Below are positions 1 to 8,568 of a stretch of DNA of 36,348 bases, in pieces; the first letter of the stretch is position 1; the number at the start of each line of letters is the position of its first letter. A program made the translations under genes and the position numbers. The notes below the pieces were generated by a model. That model saw only the letters and a list, made by a program, of their open reading frames with translations, made no database searches and was not told where the DNA came from. The DNA comes from a virus, in UHGV virus genome UHGV-0238238, one strand, 5' to 3'.

Positions 1-387
1 ATTGTTTACCGTGTGTCGGTCAATTCCCTCGTGGTAATTCCATCCCCAAGAGTAATTAACCGGCGTGTTCGCGTAGATAATCTCTTTTCTCTCCCCGAAA
101 CGGCTAGAGTTCCCTGTTCCCGTTCCAAACGCTTTCGTAGCTGTTTTATCGTACCCAGTTCCAACCACAACCGGAATGTCTGATGTTTTTACATAAAAGG
201 CTGTTTCATTTTCTCTGACTCCATCCAGTACCTCAAGTTCGCCGACGAAAAAATCCGCGAAATAAGACATCTTTTTAAATACTACCTCCAAAAGGCTTTT
301 AAACTCAAGCTGGTAGCTTCTTACCGGCATATCATTGTTGTCTCCTGTCGCAAATAATTGTAACATCATAAATTCTTTATTCTTCAT
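1..387 (-). CDS. Major capsid protein, N-terminal part. The ORF runs off the left edge; the frame matches the ORF entering at the right edge.
   Basis: ATG at 387 preceded by AAGGAGA. It is the next gene after the scaffold, as in HK97-like order. The N-terminus MKNKEFMMLQLFATG carries an LQLF/A motif. No stop occurs before position 1. Confidence 0.55.
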   Translation of the reverse strand, partial: MKNKEFMMLQLFATGDNNDMPVRSYQLEFKSLLEVVFKKMSYFADFFVGELEVLDGVRENETAFYVKTSDIPVVVGTGYDKTATKAFGTGTGNSSRFGERKEIIYANTPVNYSWGWNYHEGIDRHTVNN

Positions 388-401
388 CTTCACATTCTCC
401 T

Positions 402-977
402 TTATTTATACTTTGCAAGTCTCTTTTCGAATTCAGACATTGGACTTCCTGAGTTCGTCATGGTTTTTGGTGTGGTTCCGGTTGCTCTAGCAATCTCGGC
501 TTTCTTAAGCTGGGATTCCACGATTTTTACAAGCTTATCAATTTTTGCATTCGTATCATCAGCATCATTCCCTACAACAAAATCAAGAACATCCTGCGTT
601 GCTTCAATTCCTTTTTCTGTAAGAATGCCTGTGGCGCTTCTGCTAAGCTCAACCTTTGCAGCCTCCTGCTTCAGTTTTTCATTCTCTTTTTGCAACTTCT
701 CGATCTCGTAATTCTGTTTCTGCTCAGCATTCATTTTTGCCAGTTTTTCTGCCTCTTCCTTAGCACTCTTTACCGCCTGTTCCTGCTCAGTTTTCCATTT
801 TGCGAATCTTTTGTTTACAATCGCATCCACATCCTTGTCTGTGTACTTTTTTTCTTCCCCGCTATCATCAGATGTGTTTTCCGGATTAACACTATCTTTC
901 ACCGCATCAAGTTCTGCTGTGTGATCTACGGTTTCTTCTGCAAATAACTGCAGCATTCTAAACATCCTGCTCTTCAT
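402..977 (-). CDS. phage scaffolding protein
   Basis: 191 aa, acidic, coiled-coil and rich in K/E/A/Q. Sits between Prp and the capsid gene. The N-terminus MKSRMFRMLQLFAEE has the LQLF/A motif. RBS GGAGGT lies upstream of the ATG. Confidence 0.75.
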   Translation of the reverse strand: MKSRMFRMLQLFAEETVDHTAELDAVKDSVNPENTSDDSGEEKKYTDKDVDAIVNKRFAKWKTEQEQAVKSAKEEAEKLAKMNAEQKQNYEIEKLQKENEKLKQEAAKVELSRSATGILTEKGIEATQDVLDFVVGNDADDTNAKIDKLVKIVESQLKKAEIARATGTTPKTMTNSGSPMSEFEKRLAKYK

Positions 978-1059
978 TTTCTTTACCTCCTAAAAGTTTA
1001 ATGACATTCTTCATGGTCCTTTCCCCTAGCTTTTTACGCCTTCAAGACTTGGGCGTGAA

Positions 1060-1347
1060 TTACATAATTGCTACATAATTCGGAAACTCATCGGCAATCA
1101 AGCGAATGCCAACGAAAAAGGAATCCACCAGAATTTTTGATTTCTCTGACAGATTCCTGTATTCTATCTCAGCCTTTCCGGGAGATATTCTGTATTCTAT
1201 TTCATCATCCGTTAAGTCATCAATCGACTGGATCAGCGTCTGCGTAAGCGCCGTAACGCCAGCACAAACAATGTCTTTTCCAGGTTCTGCGTACCCGGCG
1301 TGTCCAGAGATTTCGATTCGCTCTGGTCGAATTCTTGCTTCAATCAA
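1060..1347 (-). CDS. prp: Prp-family ribosomal-processing cysteine protease homolog (phage capsid/scaffold N-terminal propeptide protease)
   Basis: 95 aa with motif GHAGYAEPGKDIVCAGVTAL, the His/Cys dyad region of the DUF464/Prp family. Lies between the MuF and scaffold genes, as in staphylococcal 80alpha-like phages. Confidence 0.7.
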   Translation of the reverse strand: MIEARIRPERIEISGHAGYAEPGKDIVCAGVTALTQTLIQSIDDLTDDEIEYRISPGKAEIEYRNLSEKSKILVDSFFVGIRLIADEFPNYVAIM

Positions 1348-1404
1348 ATTACATCACCTCCAAAATGGGTATAAAAATACCACCAGCCAACTCAGCCGAT
1401 GGTA

Positions 1405-1644
1405 TTACATTACATCAATTTCTACCTCTTTTACTAGATCGTTTAATGACTTTCCACTATAAAATTTATCATTCATAACTTCATCCACATTATCATACTC
1501 TTTCACGTCATCTCCATGCCATACTTGATATGTCGGAACATAATTATGAACTTCAACTGTCACTCCTGATGGCAATCCTCTGTAAGAGAAAGAAATATCA
1601 TTGCAACACTCAGATAAAATTTGTCTTACTTCATCTTTATTCAT
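1405..1644 (-). CDS. hypothetical 79-aa protein; candidate immunity partner of the upstream MuF C-terminal extension
   Basis: ATG overlaps the MuF stop (ATGA), suggesting translational coupling. No recognisable domain. Confidence 0.45.
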   Translation of the reverse strand: MNKDEVRQILSECCNDISFSYRGLPSGVTVEVHNYVPTYQVWHGDDVKEYDNVDEVMNDKFYSGKSLNDLVKEVEIDVM

Positions 1645-2930
1645 AATATATCGCCATTTTCCTTTCTTTCCTCTTCACTTAATTCGCGAGTTGTCTTATT
1701 CTTCAATCTTCCATCATCTCCCCATGTATAATCATGTACATGCTCCCCGTTTTTCCCGTAAGGGTGCTGCTTTGGATTCCCATGATCGGTTGTGTGGATA
1801 TCTTTAGATTTTAATTTTGACTCTCCGTAAAAAGCTCTTACATCTACTTTCCCATCTTTTCCAATGTGATCTATTACCATTCTTGCCTCTGCCATCTTAG
1901 GAGTGCCGGAATGTCCGCTGACAGTTTTATCTGCCTTTATTATATCAAACGTAGATTTCTTTTCAACCCTCTTCTTCCAAGTTTCAAAATCCATTCCATG
2001 TTCGGAATATCCATCCAGCCATTCTCGATACTCTTTATCATCCATATATGCTGCTGTACTGCAATGACAATTAGGATGCATTGGATGCGCATTTTCTCCC
2101 GGCATCATTTTCGATACCTTAAAATGCTTTCCGTCTAAAGCCCGGCAGATCGGGCAAGCAGTCGGCTCCGCGATAAACTCATACTCTTCAAATCCATTGC
2201 GGATATAAGACTGTTTCTGCGCTTCTGCCTGCACCCTTGACAGTTCCGTTATCATCAGTCGCTCCGCATTTTCCCTGCTTACTCCAAACAGTTTGGTAAG
2301 GTGCCTTGCAAGTATTCTTGGATTCTTGCCTTGTATCAGACCTGTTTGTAAGAGCTTCGCCAGTTCTGCTTTCATCATATCCTGATACATCCAAATACGG
2401 TCCGAGTATTTTGCATTGTGGAAAGAAGCATTCACGATCGAATGTGCCATCTTCGCATTGTTCTGAATGGATTTTCCAAGAATTCCAGCCTGCCTTTCAA
2501 ATTCTTCCAGTGTTTTCTTCGTCAGGATCTGCTCAAAATACTTCTGAAGCTCATCAAACCCGCCGACAAGATTCATTCCGATATTGGCTTTCAGCATTTC
2601 CAACCGGTTAATCTTCATAGCTGCGTTATAGAGTCGCATCTCTTCATTGGCTTCCTTCGAAAAATCCTTATCCTTTACATACTGCTCCGCCTTCCGGCTG
2701 TACGCATCAATGTCCATTTTGGATACCCGCTTCTTCGCTTCTGCAATTGTGATTCCCTCTGCTTTTGCATATTTTGTATAGAATCCATTTATTTCTTTTT
2801 GAATCTCATCCATCATGTTCGCATAGATCTTCTCAATCTCTTTCGCGTATTCAGCTTCATCCCTAATATTCTTCTTCCGCTGCTCTTCTTCCCTATTCTT
2901 CCAGTACGTCCTGCTGCTCATCTGCCGCAC
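1641..2930 (-). CDS. phage minor head protein, MuF/SPP1 gp7 family, with a ~135-aa C-terminal extension
   Basis: Conserved MuF-type segment ACPICRALDG...HPMHPNCHC near residues 258-290. The His/Gly/Lys-rich tail (residues ~296-429) follows. Sits directly after the portal gene. Confidence 0.75.
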   Translation of the reverse strand: MRQMSSRTYWKNREEEQRKKNIRDEAEYAKEIEKIYANMMDEIQKEINGFYTKYAKAEGITIAEAKKRVSKMDIDAYSRKAEQYVKDKDFSKEANEEMRLYNAAMKINRLEMLKANIGMNLVGGFDELQKYFEQILTKKTLEEFERQAGILGKSIQNNAKMAHSIVNASFHNAKYSDRIWMYQDMMKAELAKLLQTGLIQGKNPRILARHLTKLFGVSRENAERLMITELSRVQAEAQKQSYIRNGFEEYEFIAEPTACPICRALDGKHFKVSKMMPGENAHPMHPNCHCSTAAYMDDKEYREWLDGYSEHGMDFETWKKRVEKKSTFDIIKADKTVSGHSGTPKMAEARMVIDHIGKDGKVDVRAFYGESKLKSKDIHTTDHGNPKQHPYGKNGEHVHDYTWGDDGRLKNKTTRELSEEERKENGDIL

Positions 2931-4251
2931 CTCCGAACATCCGCTTCTCTACGATTGTTTCCTGCTTCTTTTCTTCCTCTTTCTCCATTCGATCTATTTC
3001 CTCAGTAACGTCCTTAACGATCGAGAGGACCTGCAGCTGCGTTTCCTTGGACACGATACTTTCAAGCGCCTGTGCTGTCTGCGCTTCCTCCAAGAGATTC
3101 TTCGGGATATTCCTACTCATTGTAAAATCAATATCTTTCCATGCGTCCCGATCTGACACATTCGTTGCAAGAGAGCAAAACAGCTTATACCGCTTTCTCA
3201 TGGATTTTTCAACTTTACGGTCGAACGTCAACGCAAGATTGCTCATAGACTGCAGTTTATACGCAAGGGAAGTTCCAGAAGCATTTCCAAAAGATTCATC
3301 ACTGATGTTCGCTACCATGCTTGTCTGATAAATCAAATCCTCAAGCCGATTCAAAAGATTTTCCTGTGTTCCGTCTGCCGTAGGCTTGCCAAGAAACTGA
3401 ACGATAATATCTTTTGCGTTGTCTGTACCATAAAGGTTTATAATCCGGTTGTCGCGAATTTTGTAAACGCCTTCCTCGTCCAGTTCGGCGCCCAGCACTG
3501 CAAGATACGCTTCTGCGAAAGAATCTACATCGTTCGCCTTTTCTCCGATCACTCGGTTGTATGTTTCTACCATGCCGGCAACTTCTTCATACAGACCGAT
3601 TCTCTCATCGTTCAGCACGTATTCCACGCAATTGATGCGCCCATAAGGGTTCAGCACGCCCTCCTGCATCTTTTCTCCCTCAAATGGGATGATTTCTGTC
3701 CTTGTAAGTATCTCACCGTACTTTGTGACATTATCGTCCTTTTTTCCATATCTCACCGCAAATAGAGCGCGGCTCTTTACGGTATCATCGTAGACAACAA
3801 ACAGTTCTTTTGGATTGCAGACTACTGTCTTTGTCTTTGCTTCTTCATCCTGGTAAAAATACTCAAAAGCATGTCCGTAGATGCAGCACTTCTTCGCCAG
3901 CTCGTATTCTTGATCTGAGATATCGTTATCCCGGTCAAATTCAAGGATCGCATCTTTTATTTTTTCGTCTGGGTGCGATTTTTTAACCGGAATCCCGTAA
4001 GCATATCCCAAAAATGTCTCTGTGATATACCTTGGGAAATTCACTGCCAGTCGGTTATCCGGCTTCCATGACTCCTTTTCCGGAAGACGGAATACATCAT
4101 GGAATCCTTTGTATAGATTCTCAAGGTATCTGTACCTTGGCATTCGTTCTTCGTGCTTGCGAATATACTCATCTACTAATGTCATATTGATTTCTTTGTC
4201 GGCGGAACATAAAAGCGGTTCCGGCAGTTTGTATGGTCTTTTCCCATTCAT
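2893..4251 (-). CDS. phage portal protein (SPP1 gp6-like)
   Basis: 452 aa, immediately downstream of TerL, with an acidic C-terminus. Size and position are typical of a portal. Confidence 0.8.
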   Translation of the reverse strand: MNGKRPYKLPEPLLCSADKEINMTLVDEYIRKHEERMPRYRYLENLYKGFHDVFRLPEKESWKPDNRLAVNFPRYITETFLGYAYGIPVKKSHPDEKIKDAILEFDRDNDISDQEYELAKKCCIYGHAFEYFYQDEEAKTKTVVCNPKELFVVYDDTVKSRALFAVRYGKKDDNVTKYGEILTRTEIIPFEGEKMQEGVLNPYGRINCVEYVLNDERIGLYEEVAGMVETYNRVIGEKANDVDSFAEAYLAVLGAELDEEGVYKIRDNRIINLYGTDNAKDIIVQFLGKPTADGTQENLLNRLEDLIYQTSMVANISDESFGNASGTSLAYKLQSMSNLALTFDRKVEKSMRKRYKLFCSLATNVSDRDAWKDIDFTMSRNIPKNLLEEAQTAQALESIVSKETQLQVLSIVKDVTEEIDRMEKEEEKKQETIVEKRMFGGAADEQQDVLEE

Positions 4252-4252
4252 T

Positions 4253-5521
4253 TTATATTCCTCCTCTAAAGGTCTTTAACTTCACTTTGCCTTTTCTCTC
4301 CTGCTCAATAGAATATCTGAGCATTGCCATTGCATCATCAAAGAAATTCACTGGCTCATCTGTGAAGGTGTTCGTCTTCTCATCTTTTCGCCATTTCCAT
4401 TGCTGGATCTCCTTAATCGTATTTACGCAAGACGGATGTATATGGATTGTATGCTGCTTTAAGTAATCAATCTGCGCTTTTACACTGTTCGGCTCTTTCT
4501 TGACCGGACATGCTCTGTATCCTGCTTTCTGCCACATCTTAATCCTGTCTGGCTCAGCAGAATCACAATACATGGTAATTCGCTTCTGGAATTTTCCCTC
4601 AGCCAGCTGTATGATTTCGGACGTATCTTTTTCAAATACATACAATTCCCGGCATAAGTAGATATCTCCATCCTTGAATCCAATCTCCCCGATACAGTTC
4701 GCATGGTTGAATCCAAAATCCTGTGAATTTACCATGTAATCAAATCGATCAGAAGATGTGTTGAATTCCTCGACCACATAATTTGTAAGAATCAGACCGC
4801 CAGTTTCTCCCCATTCACCGAGTCCATAAATCCGATATCCATCAGGATCCCGTTCTTTACGCATCATCATGCGCCGGTGATACGCTTCGTCTATGAACCG
4901 GTTCTGCAGGTATGTAGACTGGTGTGTGTATACATCATCACTTTTTATGTCGAAATATTTTGCTTTTAACCAGTGCGTTGCTGACACCGGATTGAAGCTG
5001 AACGTGATCTGATAATACAAAAATGGATTGAATGACAAGTCGCCTCTGAGTCGGTCATCGAGAATATCGACATCCGCTTCATATAGCTCCGTTGCTTCTT
5101 CAATCCATATCCATGTTAATTTTCCGACATCGAATGTGATGGACTTTACTTTTTCTCGCTGTCCATCGTCTTTCATTCCTCGAAAAATCACTTTATTTCC
5201 AGTTACTTTAGAGATCAGCTCCATTGGATTGCTTCTGATCTGCCAGAATAATCCCGCTTTATCCCCGTATATCTTGTATATTGCACTCTTCAACTCCGCA
5301 TAAGTACTATCTTTGTTTGTTGTGTCTACTTTCCGGACGCACAGAAGATTCGCACCTTTGTACTTCGGATCACCAAGTTTGATGATAAAATTCTGTGCAA
5401 TGTTTACCGACTTTCCGGATCCGGCAGAGCCTTTTGCCAGTCGATATCGTTTCTTGCACTCATTAAACTCTTTGAAATTTCTGTTAAATCCAACATTAAC
5501 TTTCTTCATCCTCATCACCAT
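4253..5521 (-). CDS. terL: terminase large subunit (PBSX/XtmB-like)
   Basis: 422 aa. Walker A-like motif KGSAGSGKS near the N-terminus and a C-terminal nuclease-like region. Follows TerS. Confidence 0.85.
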   Translation of the reverse strand: MVMRMKKVNVGFNRNFKEFNECKKRYRLAKGSAGSGKSVNIAQNFIIKLGDPKYKGANLLCVRKVDTTNKDSTYAELKSAIYKIYGDKAGLFWQIRSNPMELISKVTGNKVIFRGMKDDGQREKVKSITFDVGKLTWIWIEEATELYEADVDILDDRLRGDLSFNPFLYYQITFSFNPVSATHWLKAKYFDIKSDDVYTHQSTYLQNRFIDEAYHRRMMMRKERDPDGYRIYGLGEWGETGGLILTNYVVEEFNTSSDRFDYMVNSQDFGFNHANCIGEIGFKDGDIYLCRELYVFEKDTSEIIQLAEGKFQKRITMYCDSAEPDRIKMWQKAGYRACPVKKEPNSVKAQIDYLKQHTIHIHPSCVNTIKEIQQWKWRKDEKTNTFTDEPVNFFDDAMAMLRYSIEQERKGKVKLKTFRGGI

Positions 5522-6077
5522 AGTCTACTACAATCTTCATGTCCATATCTCCTGCTACATCCAGCTTGTCATTCCACATACCTAAATGTCTGCCGAGAAG
5601 CTCAAGCGCCTTTACCTTGTCGCAGGGCTTCTGTTCCAATCCATCGCGCCCCTTTTTAATCGTTCCGAGGGCTCGCTGCTGTTCCTCCGTAAGGTTATCT
5701 GTAAGTTCCAATTCTACGGTCCGATACAGAATCGGTTCTCCGTCCTCTCCTACGAGTGGAATAATATTTCCATCTACTTCTGCTGTAGCCTGTTTCTCAA
5801 CTACTTTCGCGTAGTCAGAAGCCTTGGAAAAAGCAATCGCAGCTAGTTCCTGTAGCACCATGTCCTGGGTGATCTCCGTTCGTTTCTGCCGTTCTTCCAT
5901 TCGTTCTGTGATATATGTTTGAATCCGAGTATTTCCGAGTAATTTTCTCGCTGCTGCATCTGCCGAACTATCTTTTTTGCAATTCGGATACGCCGCGCGG
6001 TAAGCCCGTGTGGCATTTAGATCAATCAAGTACTCATCTGCAAATATTTTCTGTTTTTCTGTCATAGGACTCACCAC
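5496..6077 (-). CDS. terS: terminase small subunit (P27 family)
   Basis: N-terminus KQKIFADEYLIDLNATRAYRAAYP is the Terminase_2 signature, with an acidic C-terminus. The true start is probably MTEKQ at 6065. Confidence 0.8.
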   Translation of the reverse strand: MVSPMTEKQKIFADEYLIDLNATRAYRAAYPNCKKDSSADAAARKLLGNTRIQTYITERMEERQKRTEITQDMVLQELAAIAFSKASDYAKVVEKQATAEVDGNIIPLVGEDGEPILYRTVELELTDNLTEEQQRALGTIKKGRDGLEQKPCDKVKALELLGRHLGMWNDKLDVAGDMDMKIVVDYGDEDEES

Positions 6078-6123
6078 CTTTTAAGCATAATAAAAGCACC
6101 CATCTCTGGATGCTAAGAATTTA

Positions 6124-6222
6124 GGACTACTGCAAAATGAAAGAATTATAACAGCAACAAAACCAAAATAACCAAGTACACAATCAAAATTTATAGGAAA
6201 AAGGAGTAACTTGCAGTAGTCC
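6124..6222. promoter_or_regulatory. perfect 12-bp inverted repeat (GGACTACTGCAA / TTGCAGTAGTCC) enclosing ~75 bp with a TATAAT-like box, between tRNA-Asn and terS
   Basis: Read directly from the sequence at 6124-6135 and 6211-6222. Candidate late-promoter or pac-associated structure. Confidence 0.35.
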
Positions 6223-6226
6223 ACAA

Positions 6227-6299
6227 CGGGTATAGCAGGACTCGAACCTACGACACATCGGTTAACAGCCGATTGCTCTACCAATTGAGCTATACACCC
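6227..6299 (-). tRNA. tRNA-Asn (anticodon GTT)
   Basis: Manual fold. Acceptor stem GGGTGTA/TATACCC (one G-U pair). D-arm GCTC-AATTGGTA-GAGC. Anticodon stem-loop with CT-GTT-AA. T-arm GTAGG-TTCGAGT-CCTGC. Discriminator G, with CCA not encoded. Confidence 0.8.
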
Positions 6300-6420
6300 G
6301 TAGGATGCCTTTTATTGACACCCTTTACCCTATCCGCACTCGGGTACTGACACTAAATATAGATTGCTGAATCTATTTTTGTTTGTTTTGCAGATCTGCG
6401 GATATCTGCGTTTTGGTACC

Positions 6421-6540
6421 ATTTGTGATGTAAAGCCGGTGTGCACTCCCACAGCAACCCCCAGCTGGTAAGCCGCAAACCTTACATCACAAAACCGTGT
6501 GCAGGGATCGAACCTGCTTGTCCCAACTGACCACGGCATA
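6421..6540 (-). ncRNA. tRNA-like fragment (T-arm GCAGGTTCGATCCCTGC plus acceptor-like ends, no anticodon arm) followed by a long stem (TTGTGATGTAA...TTACATCACAA)
   Basis: Seen on the minus strand. Too short between the D-like and T-like arms for a full tRNA. May be a tRNA 3-prime-half relic or a structured leader. Confidence 0.3.
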
Positions 6541-6582
6541 AAAACACCGCCAGACAAGAAAGGGTAAAAGTCCGGCGGTGTT
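6538..6582 (-). terminator. rho-independent terminator after the ArpU-like gene
   Basis: Minus-strand hairpin CACCGCCGGA...UCUGGCGGUG (10 bp, one G-U) followed by UUUUU. Confidence 0.6.
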
Positions 6583-6659
6583 CTGAATGTTTGGAAAGAT
6601 TGTTTTAGAACAATATACAATCGTTCTAGAATAATTATAGCATAAGTAAAATATAAATG

Positions 6660-7082
6660 CTATAAATCTTTAAGCTGTGCGCTTATAATCTGCGATACTC
6701 GCGCCTGGGTATATCCAATTTCATCTGCGACTTTTTGCTGGGTTTTCCCCTCAAGATAGTGCAACTCGAATATCTCCTTAATCTCCGGATCATCAATCCC
6801 ATTTATGTAGTCCTCGACTTCTTTTTGCTCTTTCAGAATCCGCAGCCTGTCCGCTTCTTTTCTTCTGATCTGACGTCTTATATTCTCTTCCTCGTAAGGA
6901 TCATACATTTGTACAGATGTTCTCACTTCGGTGTACGGAAAATCTGCGCTAGATCCCGTTACCTTCCCCATGACAACAGTCGATTCCCGTTCACTGAGTT
7001 CTTGTATCTGGTTCTCAATCCGGATAAGTCTATCTTTGTTCGGTCTATACTTTTTCAGTGTTTTCTTGTCCAACTCTATCAC
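6660..7082 (-). CDS. ArpU-family (sigma-70 region-4-like) phage late transcriptional regulator
   Basis: 140 aa. The C-terminal ELHYLEGKTQQKVADEIGYTQARVSQI is a sigma region-4 HTH. Sits immediately upstream of the packaging module. Confidence 0.6.
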   Translation of the reverse strand: MIELDKKTLKKYRPNKDRLIRIENQIQELSERESTVVMGKVTGSSADFPYTEVRTSVQMYDPYEEENIRRQIRRKEADRLRILKEQKEVEDYINGIDDPEIKEIFELHYLEGKTQQKVADEIGYTQARVSQIISAQLKDL

Positions 7083-7254
7083 CTCCCGGAACAGGATCTT
7101 TTATGTTGTATTTCTCTGCTATGTACTCCACAGCGTCCTTATTCGTCCTCTCACGGCTTTTAAAATCACAGGCAAAGGCTTTATGCTCCTGTTGCTTTAA
7201 AGCGGTCTCACAGGGCTTTCTCGTTGCCATAGTGTATGCTTCTATTTTCTTCAT
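7045..7254 (-). CDS. hypothetical small protein (69 aa)
   Basis: ORF only. Overlaps the ArpU-like start. Confidence 0.3.
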   Translation of the reverse strand: MKKIEAYTMATRKPCETALKQQEHKAFACDFKSRERTNKDAVEYIAEKYNIKDPVPGGDRVGQENTEKV

Positions 7255-7290
7255 GATGTCCGCTGTCTCCTTTCTGCATCTAGCTTATTA

Positions 7291-7734
7291 TCACCATTCA
7301 CTCACCCTCACAGGAAGTATGATGCCTATTATTTCTCCGTAGCGTGTAAACACGGCATCGTAGTATTCAGAGTTTCCTTGGTATTTAATAAGATTTGGCG
7401 TGCATCCGTCAAACATTTTCAAATATTTATTATCAAACCAAGCGTATTCCCCTGTTGTCTCGTCTCTTATTGCTCTCAGAATGCTTTTGCCAGTTGTAAG
7501 CATTCTGTTTGACAACTTGGCCGCCCTCATTTGGCTCTGAATATTTTCTGTGGAAAAATGTTTCACCCCATCTTCTGGCAATTTCTTCTGCTTATCTATG
7601 TCGAGCAAGAAATCTTCTTTCTTCACAAATACAATATATCTACCTTGCGTAATCATCACTTTTCCGTCTATCTCGCCCATCATATACGATCTTGTCTTCA
7701 CTGCTTCTATCTGCACTTTATCTTCGATTAGCAT
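7291..7734 (-). CDS. hypothetical protein (147 aa)
   Basis: ORF in the early operon, co-oriented with its neighbours. Confidence 0.45.
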   Translation of the reverse strand: MLIEDKVQIEAVKTRSYMMGEIDGKVMITQGRYIVFVKKEDFLLDIDKQKKLPEDGVKHFSTENIQSQMRAAKLSNRMLTTGKSILRAIRDETTGEYAWFDNKYLKMFDGCTPNLIKYQGNSEYYDAVFTRYGEIIGIILPVRVSEW

Positions 7735-7771
7735 TTTCTCTTCTCCTTCCTGCGTCTCATGGTTTCCCTGT

Positions 7772-8374
7772 TCATTCCGTTACCTCAATTTCCTCTCCTG
7801 TCAGCTCTTCCAACTTCTGTCGCATTTCTTCCACTGTCATTTTCTTTGGTTCTTTGCGCTCCCAGATGAGTTCGAGGTTGCTTTTAATAAACACATCTTC
7901 TATGCGTCTGAGTGATTCCGGAGTAATCCTATAGACTTTAACGATGTCTCCTCCTGTATAACCTTCCCATTTCAAGTCATCATCATAATCGCCTATACGA
8001 TTGTATCCTCTTTTTCTCACTACCATCCCAGCCAATACAAGATACATGTCCCCATCTCTCTGTTCAACTACCATCCCGTCTTCCAGATCTGCCTTGGTAA
8101 ATTTTTTCTGCATGTAATCACCATATTCCAAGATTTTATAATTGTACTTTTCTGCAAAAACACGAGACGAATATTCTCCGTTTCCGTAATAACACGTTCC
8201 TTTGTTGTGCGCATTATAATTTGTATTTTTCAAATAACTTTCTCCGTTACACCACTTCATCCTATGTTCGTGCATCTGCTTGCAAAAGTCTACCGCTTCC
8301 TCCTCAGTCTTACAGTGCACCGCAATCTTATTACCTATATTTTTAAATTCATCCCAGTTAAATTTTTTCATCAT
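7772..8374 (-). CDS. hypothetical protein (200 aa)
   Basis: ORF in the early operon. Has a Cys/His-containing N-terminus. Confidence 0.45.
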   Translation of the reverse strand: MMKKFNWDEFKNIGNKIAVHCKTEEEAVDFCKQMHEHRMKWCNGESYLKNTNYNAHNKGTCYYGNGEYSSRVFAEKYNYKILEYGDYMQKKFTKADLEDGMVVEQRDGDMYLVLAGMVVRKRGYNRIGDYDDDLKWEGYTGGDIVKVYRITPESLRRIEDVFIKSNLELIWERKEPKKMTVEEMRQKLEELTGEEIEVTE

Positions 8375-8375
8375 C

Positions 8376-8567
8376 CTACCTCACTTTCTTTCGCACAATC
8401 CAATCTAAAAAAATCACAAATAACAGTATCGGAAACCCTCCAGCCAGAAGATAATCTGCTCCTTCTAGCTCTACTTCCTCTTCGATTCCTGTCTTTAAAG
8501 TAATCGCTGTTCCAAGCCCCAGGATATAGTACAGGGCTAGGAATGCGATTGTGATTATAATGTCCAT
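8376..8567 (-). CDS. small membrane protein (63 aa, two predicted TM helices)
   Basis: Hydrophobic stretches IIITIAFLALYYILGLGTAI and FPILLFVIFLDWIV. Confidence 0.4.
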   Translation of the reverse strand: MDIIITIAFLALYYILGLGTAITLKTGIEEEVELEGADYLLAGGFPILLFVIFLDWIVRKKVR

Positions 8568-8568
8568 G

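Noticed and set aside
460-947. Plus-strand ORFs 460-711 and 690-947
   Set aside because: They are antisense to the scaffold gene, with low-complexity hydrophobic translations and no RBS.
6227-6299. tRNA-Asn as the prophage attachment site
   Set aside because: The integrase is a serine recombinase located ~13 kb away, no partial tRNA duplication is visible, and the genome appears circular. The tRNA is more likely phage-encoded cargo.
6081-6620. ORFs 6081-6284 and 6330-6620 (minus)
   Set aside because: They overlap the tRNA-Asn gene, the tRNA-like fragment and terminator structures, and have no RBS. The region is better explained as non-coding.
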